A DNA stretch of 63,069 nt, counting the filler. It is 11 parts of 11 records of this genome, joined end to end, with 100 filler letters (N's around TTAATTAATTAA, not from the genome) between each part and the next. Parts side by side here need not be neighbours in the genome. Positions count along the whole stretch, not along the records: positions 48,557 to 58,661 come from SRR15195285_1406; positions 58,762 to 63,069 come from SRR15195285_1410; 9 more parts are not named here. One strand, given 5' to 3'. Within the stretch, counting starts at the first letter, position 1. Each line of letters begins with the position of its first letter. A program made the translations under genes and the position numbers. The notes under the pieces were generated by a model that did not search any database, was not told the origin of the DNA, and saw only the letters and a list, made by a program, of their open reading frames with translations. Below are positions 48,646 through 59,612 of the stretch, piece by piece.

Positions 48646-51600
48646 CCACCGGCAGAGGAGTCCTCTTCTGGGGAGGAGTCGTCTGGGGAGGAGGAGAGCG
48701 GCGAAGAGGAAGAAGGCGCCAAAGTAAGTAGTTCAGCCGTCCCACACCCGATGCATCATCATTGCCCACTCTCGAAGGTAGATCGATAGCTGGATCGATT
48801 GATGGTACCTGTGCCTGCGACTGCTTTCCACGCAGCAGGCCGAAGCGCCCGCAGTCAAGGAGGAGCCGGACGATCGCCTCGAGGGCGAAAGTAAGGCTGC
48901 GCGCGACAAGCGTGTCTTCGACGAGGAGATGCGGGAGGCCCGGAAAACTCGCCAGGAAGGCGCCAAGGAGGCCGACGCGGCGATGCACAAGAAGAATGCC
49001 GACATCGAGCGCCAGAAGAAGGAACTTGGCAAGAAGCGCATGTCATTTCTGATGAAACAGGCCGACGTCTTCGGCAAGTTCATCGGAGCCGACGCCATGA
49101 GAAGGTGCGCCGTGCTGCATCACCGTGTCGTGCCTGCGCACAAAAACGCTGTCTCTCCTGTTCGCTCACCTCCGGTCTGCGTCGGCGCGGTGCGCGCTCA
49201 GGCTGAAGGCCGAGGCAATTGGGGACGCAGCATCAGCCGAGCTGGCAGCTTCCGGGCAAGCGCCGCCGTCCCCTGGCAAGCGTCACCGCATGACGGAGAA
49301 GGAGGAAGACGAGCTGTTCATGAAGCAGCAGGCTGCAGAAGCGGAAGAGGTCATTGTGCGGGTTACCAAGGAGCAGACGAAGGGCTTCATCGGATTTGGT
49401 GAGATGCGCGACTATCAGGTTGAAGGCTTGAACTGGATCGTGAGGCTGTACCATCGCGGCCTGAACGGCATCCTCGCAGACGAAATGGTGCGTCACCCGT
49501 CGTGTCGCCGCTCGTGCTCGTGGGCCCAACAGTGCTGATGAAAACGATTGTCTGTGCGCAGGGCCTGGGTAAGACTCTGCAGACCATCAGCATGCTTGGC
49601 TACCTTCATACATTTAAGGACATCAGCGGGCCACACCTCGTCGTTGTCCCGAAGTCCACGCTCGGAAACTGGATGAACGAATTCAAGCGCTGGTTCCCGA
49701 AGCTGCGAGTCCTCAAGTTTTACGGGAGCAAAGAGGAGCGTGCTCTCATTCGGGAGCGCGACCTCCAGTACGGCAAGTTTGATGTCGTGGCCACTTCGTA
49801 CGAAGTCGTCATCCGAGAAAAGGCTAGTTTGAGCAAGTTCTCATGGGAGTATCTCGTCATCGACGAGGCCCACCGCATCAAGAACGAGAACAGCACCCTG
49901 TCTCAGATTGTCCGCATCTACAACACAAAGTGCCGTCTGCTAATCACCGGCACGCCGCTACAAAACAACTTGCACGAACTGTGGGCTCTGCTCAACTTTT
50001 TGCTTCCTGACGTATTCTCTGACGCGAATGTCTTCGAGACATTTACAAATGCGGTCGGAGACGAGAAGCAGGAAATCATCAATCAACTGCACAAGGTCTT
50101 AAAGCCTTTCATCCTGCGCCGGCTCAAGAAGGAGGTCGAACGCGGACTTCCCGACAAGAAAGAGCTTACTGTGTACTGCAAGATGACGCGCAGTCAGAAG
50201 GTGACCTACCAAGCTGTTCTGAAAAACAACGTCGAGGTGCTCAACGCCCGCAAGGGCGAACGCACTAAGCTGCTTAACATCGTCATGTAGCTGCGCAAGG
50301 CCTGCAACCATCCATACTTGTTCGACGGAGTGGAGGACAAGACGCTGGACCCCTTTGGCGAACACTTGGTCGAGCAGTCCGGAAAGCTGACGCTTCTGGA
50401 CAAGTTGCTGCCACGGCTGCAGAGCCAGGGCTCGCGCGTCCTAATTTTCAGCCAGATGACGCGCCTACTGGACATCTTGGAAGACTACTGTGCGATGCGA
50501 TCACACCTGTACTGCCGCATTGACGGTCAGACGAATGGCGATACCCGGGATCAGATGATCGAAGATTACAACGCGCCAGGCTCAAAACACTTCATCTTCT
50601 TGCTCTCGACTCGGGCAGGCGGCCTCGGCATCAATCTGACCAGCGCTGACATCGTCGTGCTGTACGATTCTGATTGGAATCCCCAGATGGATTTGCAAGC
50701 GCAGGATCGTGCTCACCGGATCGGACAAAAGAAACCAGTAAAGGTGTTCCGGCTGATTACAGAAAGCACCATCGGTGCGTCACACTGGAGTCCAGTTTAG
50801 CTCCGCGCCTGTCATAGTTTCCGTGCTGACCGCTGCTGCACCTGTCCCGCACAGAGGAGAAGATTCTGGATAGAGCAATGAAGAAGCTGCACCTTGATGC
50901 TCTCGTCATTCAGTCGGGCCGCCTTGCAGAGAAAGAGAAGAACATGTCAAAGGACGAGCTCATGAGTGCCATTCGCTACGGTGCTGACGATGTCTTCAAG
51001 TCTGATAATGTGGATGACGAGGAGGTCGACATCGACGCAATCCTGGCAAAGGCCGAGGAGAAGACCCAAGAGGAGAACAAGAAGTGGGAGGCAGCGAAGA
51101 AAGATGGAATCAACTCAAGGGCTTGGACATTTGATGGGGACGAAGACTTCGGCAGCGATGCCCTCAGTGGAATGGGTGGAGCAACCGGCTTCATCGACAT
51201 TGGCAAGCGTGACCGCAAACAGATTACGTACTCAGAAAACGAGGCAGCCAAGTACAGTGGTGCCGTCGATGGACCAGCCAAGCAGAAGGTTCATCGTGCC
51301 AAAGAAGTCACCTTCTATGACTACCAGTTTTTTGACCAGGCCACCTTGCGACCGCTGCTCGAGAAAGAGCGAGGGATCGTGCGGGTGCAGAGTGGAGCCG
51401 AGGAAAAAATTGAGTTCGTTGCGAAAGAAGAACTTACGGAGGAAGAGGAGAAGCAGAAAGAGGAGCTGCTAAAGGCTGGATTTGCTGAATGGGGTCGTCG
51501 TGACTTTCAGGCCTTCATTCGTGCAAATGAGAAGCACGGTCGGTCGAACATCGCTGCCCTCACCAAAGAAATCGAAGGAAAGGACGAAGCTGAGGTCCGC

Positions 51601-52490
51601 CGTTACGCGGAAGTGTTCTGGGAACGCGGTGAGGAGCTGAGCGAGTGGCCGAAACTCGTTGGCAAGATCGAAGAGGGTGAAAAGCGGCTCGAGCGACAGC
51701 ATGACATTAACCGTGCTATTCAGCTCAAGGTCAAGCGCTACAAGAACCCGCTGTTTGAAATGAAGTTCAACTATGGAGCCAGCAAGGGCAAGGCATTCAA
51801 CGAGGAAGCTGACCGTTACTTGGTACGAAAGAGGTTCTGCGGTGACCTTCGTGTCATTGACCTTCTTACACTTGTCACACTAATGTTCGCGTACGCGCAG
51901 ACCGTTGCTGATGTGTTTCATCTTGTGGCTTGTGCGTGCTGCAGATCTGCATGACACACAAGCTCGGCTGGGGGCAGTGGGAAGAGCTCAAGTATCACAT
52001 TCGTTCTGAACCGCTTTTCCGTTTCGACTGGTTCCTGAAGTCGAGGACCCCTCTCGAGTGAGTTAGCCTGCGGCCATTTCTACGTCCTATCTCATTGCAT
52101 TTCTGCGCCTGCTCTGCCGCTGCCCGGCAACGGGAACGAATGACATGATGCAGCGATGGCAATTGTATATTCTGCCTGCTTCTCTAACGCTGTGCGGTCT
52201 AATCAGGCTCAAACGGCGCATTGAGACGTTGGTGCGCACGATCGAAAAGGAGCTGGAAGGCCCGCTGAAGAAAGACAAAGAGAAGCGCCGCGCGTCGGCC
52301 GGAGGTAGCAAGAGGAAGGCAAGCTTGGACGGTACAACCGGTGGCGGGGGCAAGGTGCGCCCCACATCTTCCACGTGTATGCTCATGTGGCCGCCCGATC
52401 ATCCTTGTCTGACTGTACACCTTGCAAAACTGTGTTCTGAAATGCGCTCACGTGCGTCTTTCATGTCGACAGAAAAAGAAGACGAAATGA
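48646..52490 (+). CDS. ISWI: ISWI/SNF2H chromatin-remodelling ATPase (5' partial, multi-exon) with one in-frame TAG at 50288-50290
   Basis: [57 protein letters not shown], and HAND-SANT-SLIDE ([19 protein letters not shown]). Canonical introns; the last exon encodes KKKTK-TGA. Confidence 0.95.
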
Positions 52491-52638
52491 TGATGCACGA
52501 GAGCAGTTTGATGCAGTCAATGAATTTTGTGGATCGGTCTCTGTGATGGCCTAATAGCTGCACGCATCACCGAGGTCACAGCTGCCACGGGATGCAGGTT
52601 GATCTGGTTGTGACGACGCACGACGGCTCTGTCGTCTT

Positions 52639-54723
52639 TCATTCCGCAAGTGCCGTCGATGCCACACCTTGCTCGTAAAGGCTCTGGCCAGGAAAAGCGA
52701 TTGTTGCTGCGCAAATGACTGTTTCGTCGATGTTGTCAGCGATCTCGATGCCTGCCGCATCTGTCGCACCTGCAAGAGTAGCACGTGGGTGGTCGACGTC
52801 ACAGCCAAATCCGCCCAGCGATGGTAGCTTCTTGTCAACTTCACACCCCGGCAACATCGGGCCATACAGTACGACTGCTTGGCCAGGAGTGACAGCCCTC
52901 TGGGGCCGAAGGAAAGTCAGCCGCAGGCAGACCCCTCCCTGCTGTGACCCTTCAGCTTCGCTGCCAGGCATTCGGCTGGCCGACTCGTCATCCGGCGTCA
53001 GATTGTAGTACTTCGTACGGCTGCTTGAGGTGCCATCAGACCAGCTCGCCAACTCCACCACGCACCATTCTGCATCATCATCACACGCTGCTTGAATTGA
53101 GGCACGGTACCGCAGCCATGTGCTCGAGCAAAACTGCAGCGTACAATCCAGGACCCAACCACCGACCCTCTCTGCGCGTGCACGCGTGCATGGATTGCGT
53201 GTATAGATGCACCTAGAGGCGTCTGGCTGTACCGAACTTTATATCGGCACAGGATCCGACCATGACCCGGACCACATGAATTTAGCAGCTCCGAAGGAGG
53301 TTGAGCGCACGGAGTTGCCCATGTCACGTCTGAAAATGTGGTTGCGTCGGTGCAGTACAGGGCAGGGTGATCACGCCGTGGCGCAACCCACTATAGCAAG
53401 CCAAGCCATTCAACACCGTCTGAGCGATTTACGCTTTTAGCACTAGTCAGAAGCAGGCAGGGGTGGAGTCGGTACCAGCGTATCACTGCCGGTGTCTTTT
53501 CCTGCAACGAAGAGTTTGTGGTGGCCTCCTCCTATTCGCGCTCGCTGTCCCAACGTGTACCGCCACAAGCCTTTGTGCTCGTCGATGAGCTGGAGTGCAG
53601 TCAGTTCGCCACACGTGTTGCCGCACATGCGCATGCAGACCGTAAATCAGCAAGTCAGCACGTGTACTCGACAGCACTTGCGCGAGCAGCGTGGAAAACT
53701 CACACCCCCACCCTCGACTGATCGGATCTCGCCTGGCCGGTCTTCCAAATACTGGCCCACGAAATCATCGAATCGTCGCTTTCCAACGAAGCATAGTCCG
53801 GTGCTGCTCTTCTTGGCTGCCACGTGCAGGCCCAACTGGTCGGCAAGTTGCCGCACCGTCGCTTTGTGCATGTGCCCGAGCGGGAATAGCACGTGTGGCC
53901 AGACCGCCGGTGATACCTGCCACAAAGAATAGGTTTCACACTACGCAATGACTTGTCCAAAGTACTACTACAGCTAGGCATGATTGTATAGCTCCAGTTT
54001 CAACAGAGGGCTAATCGAGATCGCACAGTGGCCAAGAAATAGCTCTGATCCTTGGAATCGTCCGCAGCCCTGGCAAGACGGACAGCATCACTGCCACCTG
54101 GTTGCCCCAGGTTCGTGACGCTGCGTCTAACCAATCGCGCGTAGTGTCCTGTAGCAAGCAGATCAGCCCCTAGCCGTCTTTTGGCATACTCGAGCATCGG
54201 ACCAAACTTGATGTGCACGTTGCACGGGAGGTCAGGATTGGGCGTGTAACCAGATTCCAACCGCCCTAGGAACGGCTCGAATACGTCAAGCCAATACTCG
54301 TTCACGAGGTCGAGCTGTGACCGAGACGAACCAGCGAGCACCAAGCAAGCGTTACGGAATCGCCAGCAGCAGGTGCAATGGATCTGAGCGACGACACAAA
54401 GGCAGTGCAGCAAGTGCTCGCACGTCGTGCAGAGGAATGCCCAGCCTGTCGCACACTTGCTGGGCGTCTCGGCGGTCAGATTCTCCAGAGCACTCCCCAG
54501 TCTCGTCTCGCTCGTCCCAGGACCGTACGTGCAAGCCGACGACCCGGTACCCCTGGTCGATGAGCAGATGGGCAGCGACAGCAGAGTCCACCCCGCCAGA
54601 GATACCCACTGCCACGGTGAGATCCTGGCCGTCCGCAGCGCATCGCGGAGCAGCCACCGAATGCGCCCAGCGCGGCCACGCAGGGCGGCGGCATCTGGGG
54701 CCCAGAGCCCGTGCCGTCCGCAT
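52639..54723 (-). CDS. mnmA: tRNA-specific 2-thiouridylase MnmA/TRMU (probably mitochondrial), multi-exon
   Basis: Arg-rich presequence, SGGVDS, TPNPDLPCN..IKF, ATGHYAR, KDQSYFL, FPLG..K..VR, GLCFVG, H.G...YT.GQR and AVTPGQ. Confidence 0.93.
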
Positions 54724-55087
54724 CTGTCCTTTCTGGTTGTGTCTTGGACGCCGCCGACAGTGCGGCAGCTCCCGGGCAAGAGCCACTATGAATGGCCGCG
54801 GAATACCGGGTGGTCCACCGCTGGTCGGCTGGTCGGGAACTTGGTCGCGATGATGACAACATGATACCGCGGCCACATATAGTACCCCCATGGCTTCATA
54901 AAATCTCAATGGTTACTCTGCGTGTACACACACGACACAGGCACGACCGGTAGCCGGCGTTCGCAGCCGACGTTGACGCGGGAGGAGTCAGCAGCGCCAG
55001 TGCACTGCACAAGAAGTGCTCCGGTTGGTTCCGGCTGGCTGTGGGTGTGGCTCGGCCTTGCGCCTTCGTAGAAACTAGAGTCCGGTG

Positions 55088-58000
55088 ATGCCGAGCGGGA
55101 GAGGCGCTTCAGATGGCGGCGGTGACGTCAAGGCCAAGCGCGGTGCGACACGACGCCCTGCTTGCTCCGTTCGCCTTGTACCCTGTCTGCTTCGCTGTTG
55201 CAAGGCTGACGTGCGATGGTGAGCAGGTGGAGGTTTTGAGAGCATGGGCTTGAGTCAGCCCGTGTATAAGGCGATTATAAGAAAAGGTTACCGTGTCCCC
55301 ACGCCAATCCAGCGAAAGGTGATCGACCTAGTCAAGGGTGGCCGCGATGTAGTCGCGATGGCACGCACAGGCTCCGGGAAGACCGCGGCATTTTTGGTTC
55401 CGATGCTCGAGCAGCTGCAGGAGCACTCACCGCAGGTCGGGGCACGCGGCGTGATTCTGACACCAACCCGCGAGCTTGCGATGCAGACACTGAAGTTTGC
55501 TCGAGAGCTTGGGTGCTTCACCAACCTCCGTGTCTGTCTGCTCATCGGGGGCGAAAGTCTGGATGACCAGTTTGCCGCGCTGGCTGCCAATCCGGACATA
55601 ATCGTCGCAACACCTGGCCGGTTGCAACACCACCTTGTACAGACAGATATGACGCTGTCAAGGGTGCAACTGTGTGTATTTGACGAGGCTGACCGTCTGT
55701 TCGAGATGGGCTTCGCAGACCAGATCAAAGAGATCATGAAGGGCATGCCAGAGGAAAGGCAGACATGCCTTTTCTCTGCCACACTCCCACAGATTCTTGC
55801 TGACTTCACGAGCGCTGGGCTACATGATCCGTGCGTTCAGCCGTCACTTAGCTAATGATAACGTCTGTTCTCAAGTACTGTGTGTTACCGAGCGAAATGC
55901 TGTTGTTTTAGTGAGCTGGTTCGACTGGACGTTGAGACCAAGATCAGGTGCGCCAGCATCACCTATCTAGTCTGGCTGACGATCATGATGTCTCGGTCAT
56001 TCATTCCGCTACATCGCGTCGTGCAGTGACACGCTGAAAATCACTTTCTTCACTGTGCGGAGCGAGCAGAAGGATGGTGCTATGTTGTCGGTGCGCATCG
56101 CACCCCTGCCCTTATATCGGCAGACAGACCAAACCATCTCGATCTTACCTGTAGCTAGCTCCAAACGCAATGGCGAACAACTGGAGAGTGATCAGCCAAT
56201 TCTCTCTGGCTACAGCTGATGCTAGATTGCAGTACGATTTAGTCACCACAAATAGCCACACACGGCGTAAGCTTTCGCCTGTGTGTAAGATACGCGAAGG
56301 TTGACTGTGGAACATTCTCCATCCATCCTGGTGCCTTACGACTGCTGCCACGTGATGCACTTGCACACGCCTGCACACTCGCGCAGGTTATTCGTGAGTT
56401 CATTGACGTCTCGTCGCAGCAGACAATCATATTCGCTTCAACAAAGCATCATGTTGAGTTTATTGGCAACATTTTATCCAAAGCCGGGTACAGCCCTGCC
56501 CTTGTGTACGGCGATCTTGACCCAGCGGCACGTAAAACCAGCATTGGGAAGTTTCGCGCAAACAAGTGCCAGTTCTTGGTTGTCACAGATATTGCAGCGC
56601 GTGGAATTGACATCCCACTATTAGATAATGTGATCAACTACGACTTCCCAATGACGCCAAAACTGTTCGTTCACCGTGTGGGGCGAGCGGCCCGTGCCGG
56701 TCGGAACGGTACTGCATTCTCTTTTGTTGCATACGACGAGATGCCGTACATGCTTGACGTGCACTTGTTTCTCGGGCGTCCGCCGTGCAACGTTGTGCCT
56801 GAAGATGAATCTCTTGACGATGCTAGCACAGTCGTATATGGTACGTTCGCCCCAGACATCATCGACGGTGAATGTGAGAGCGTTCGCAACTGGGTCAAAG
56901 ATGACTCGTGGCTGAACTCCCAAGTGAAGCCACGAACGAATGCTTACTCCGCCTATCATCGGACACGGAGCAAAGCGTCTCCGCAATCTTCCAGGCGGTT
57001 CAAGGAGCTCCCACCGCCAGGTCTTCATCCATGGTTTCAACAACGTGTCGGATCAGTTGAAGCGCAGAGAACGGATATGGTCAACGCGCTCAAGACCTTC
57101 CGGCCACACACCGAGATTTTCAGGATGCGGTGCGCACCGCCATATCTGCGGTGAGTTGTGTAGTCTCGCTCTCACGACTGCACTATGCACCATCTGTCTG
57201 TCGCACAGAGCAAAGAACAGCACTGGCCGCGCGGGTACGATTCGACTAGACCAACGTAAACCAGCCGGGTTGCCTCGACCGGTAGGCACTATTGATCCAG
57301 TGGAAAAGGACGAGATTCAGGTCGCTAGCCCTGTTGTAGTATCCGTTGCAAACGCAAGTGGAGGCAAAGGATCAAAGCGACGAAGGTGCGCAGCATTTTG
57401 CAACATTCATCAAGTCGTTGGTTTGGTCATCAGCGCTTGCTGCCGCCTATCAATCTTGACAACATGTCAATTTTGTCAATGTAGGAAAAAAGCCAAGGCC
57501 GCTGCAGCAGCTGAAGGTGGCAGCGGCACATCAGCGCGTGTGTCGTCACGCAGCACGTCACGCGACGAGGAGTTCTTTCTTGGTGCTGATGATTCAGATA
57601 CCCATGGCTTCAGCGAAGAGAGCCTTCGCGTTCGGGGCAATTCCGATTCGAACGATAATAGGACCGCCATCGAAGAGGCAGTGTTGACGTTGACATCTGA
57701 TGAAGCTGGAGACCTAGTGCGCAACAATCGGTCTATGATGCGTTGGGACTCGCGCAAGATGAAGTACGTGGAAGCGAACAGTCTAAACGACCGTTCGAAA
57801 ACGAAGAACGAGGCTGGTGTCATGGTGAGCAAGAAAGACGAGAAGGCTGGGAAAGACACCATCTATCAGTCTTGGGTTCAGAAGACAAATCAGAGAATAC
57901 CTAAAGCCGGCACTATGGAAAGCGAGACAGCAGAAAGGTCCTTTCCCATCCTACACATGCACGCGCGTGCGCGCACACACATACTGACTGCACTGCTCGT

Positions 58001-58278
58001 GCAGACTGTCGACGAATGTCCGGTCTCACCTGCATCTGTGCTGGTGTTGTAGGGATATGAATCGTGCAGCAAATTTCGTGGTGGGAGGAAAACATGTTGG
58101 GAAACGCAAAGGGCGTGGTGGGCGCATGTACGGTGGCGAGGCAGATGATACGAAGTTGCCGAATGCAAAGGTCAAACCCGAACTGCGACCAACAGCCCAA
58201 ATTGCAAAAGAAAGGACGAAGAAGGCGAAAATCAAGGGCAGGCTCAAGGCATTGCAGAACAAAAAGCGCCGCAAGTGA
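55088..58278 (+). CDS. DBP10: DEAD-box RNA helicase DBP10/DDX54 (ribosome biogenesis), multi-exon
   Basis: [52 protein letters not shown], and the DBP10 C-terminal motif [14 protein letters not shown]...Y.SW. Confidence 0.94.
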
Positions 58279-58761
58279 ATGCAATGCATGCTACACATTC
58301 TGTGCCAACACAACTGCACGCTTCGTTGTAGTGTACCTGCTTCACGCCCGACCTGTTGCGGTGGTGTGTCGCGGTTGGAGGTAGCCCGTACGGTCCCTGT
58401 GCCCTTGTCCCGTCGCTGGTCGTGCCTTCAGCCTCGCTTTCTGCCACTCAGCTCCTTTGTTTTAGTATGTTCGCCTTCTCTCACTGCCATCGACACTCCG
58501 GCGACTCTACCAATACTATATCTACACCTGCACCTCCACAGCGGCTTAACGGGCGCAAATTCAGATCCGGTCCCAGTCAATTGTCCCAGTCAGTTGCCCA
58601 CGGGTCACACAACGTGCACATACAAAATTGTGCGCTTTGTGACACCCTGTGATCACATGTGNNNNNNNNNNNNNNNNNNNNNNNNNNNNNNNNNNNNNNN
58701 NNNNNTTAATTAATTAANNNNNNNNNNNNNNNNNNNNNNNNNNNNNNNNNNNNNNNNNNNN

Positions 58762-59263
58762 GTATTTATTGGTAGAGTGTTCTACTACAGCGGCCGCACC
58801 GATTGCCAATACGGGTCCGAACGGATTTGGGCGTGTCACATACGATTCACCGCAACTCGCAGCGGCGGGTGCCAAGGACACGGCTATCGACATGCGCAAT
58901 TCTGTAGCGGATGCCGCGAAGACACAGTATGCACTGAAATCGCTACAGCTAACTTTAGGAACGGCAACGTGGCCCCGTACACAGATTGCCGACCAGGAGG
59001 CTGACAAGAGTCGCATGGCGATGCTCTTGCATTACTATTTGGATTACATGAACAAGGGCTCATTCTCTCGCACCTCGCTACCGTACAACTACAGTCAGTT
59101 CTGTGGTCATTTCAACAGTAACTTCCAGAGTGGCGCGGGTCTCGGCGAGTCAGGTCCTTTCGCGCTCGCCACCTTGAGCAACCCTCCGGGAACCTTGGCA
59201 ACTGACCTAAGAATCCAGGGCACACTTGTGGACCGCCCGCTCCCCGCTGCACAGCAAGAGCTG
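58762..59263 (+). mobile_element. Probable C-terminal fragment of a Polinton-like virus (double jelly-roll) major capsid protein gene (endogenous viral element)
   Basis: Intronless frame open from the contig edge. The pattern LKSLQLTLG..TWP, helix ..YLDY, PYNYSQF, GPFAL..L.NPPG..ATDL.I.G.L resembles, from memory, the second jelly-roll of PLV/Polinton MCPs. Not verified by search. Confidence 0.5.
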
Positions 59264-59297
59264 ACACCGGGCATAAGGCCTTTATGCCCGGTGTCAG
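59261..59297. repeat. Hairpin with 16-bp arms: CTGACACCGGGCATAA-GGCCT-TTATGCCCGGTGTCAG
   Basis: Read directly; the core is nearly identical to the palindrome at 35037-35062. Confidence 0.9.
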
Positions 59298-59612
59298 GCC
59301 CGTGTTCCCTACTGGAACCCCGGAATTGGTGATTCAGCCGCATCGGGGTGGACCTCAGTTTGCAGGGCTCGGCTGAACAAAATCTCAACGCAGTTGTATT
59401 CAAATACTCGGGTACGTAGAGTGGAAATGGCGTTAGATCTAGTTTGTATCAGGCGCTGGAGTAGGCCGAGTTGTACGACAATCGGCTAGTGGCGCCACGC
59501 CCACTCTCTCTTTGAAACGGTGTGGAAGACCGCAATACGAGTGAACATATTCACTTGCATAGCATTGATGAATAGCAACGCATTAGCCTTTCTCACTGAT
59601 GGGCATTCCAAG

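Noticed and set aside
10700-50290. Genome-wide UAG-to-Gln genetic code
   Set aside because: Only one in-frame TAG was found, while TAG sits at the expected C-termini of the GNAT and sulfatase genes. It is kept only as a single-site anomaly.
49125-57154. Fragmentation of ISWI, MnmA and DBP10 into many ORFs suggesting pseudogenes or frameshifts
   Set aside because: The breaks I traced are explained by canonical GT-AG introns that restore conserved motifs; the single TAG is the exception.
9041-58761. Regularly recurring TTAATTAATTAA flanked by N runs, resembling a repeat or array
   Set aside because: Artificial concatenation linker. Gene neighbourhoods across linkers, and ORFs running into X residues, are not meaningful.
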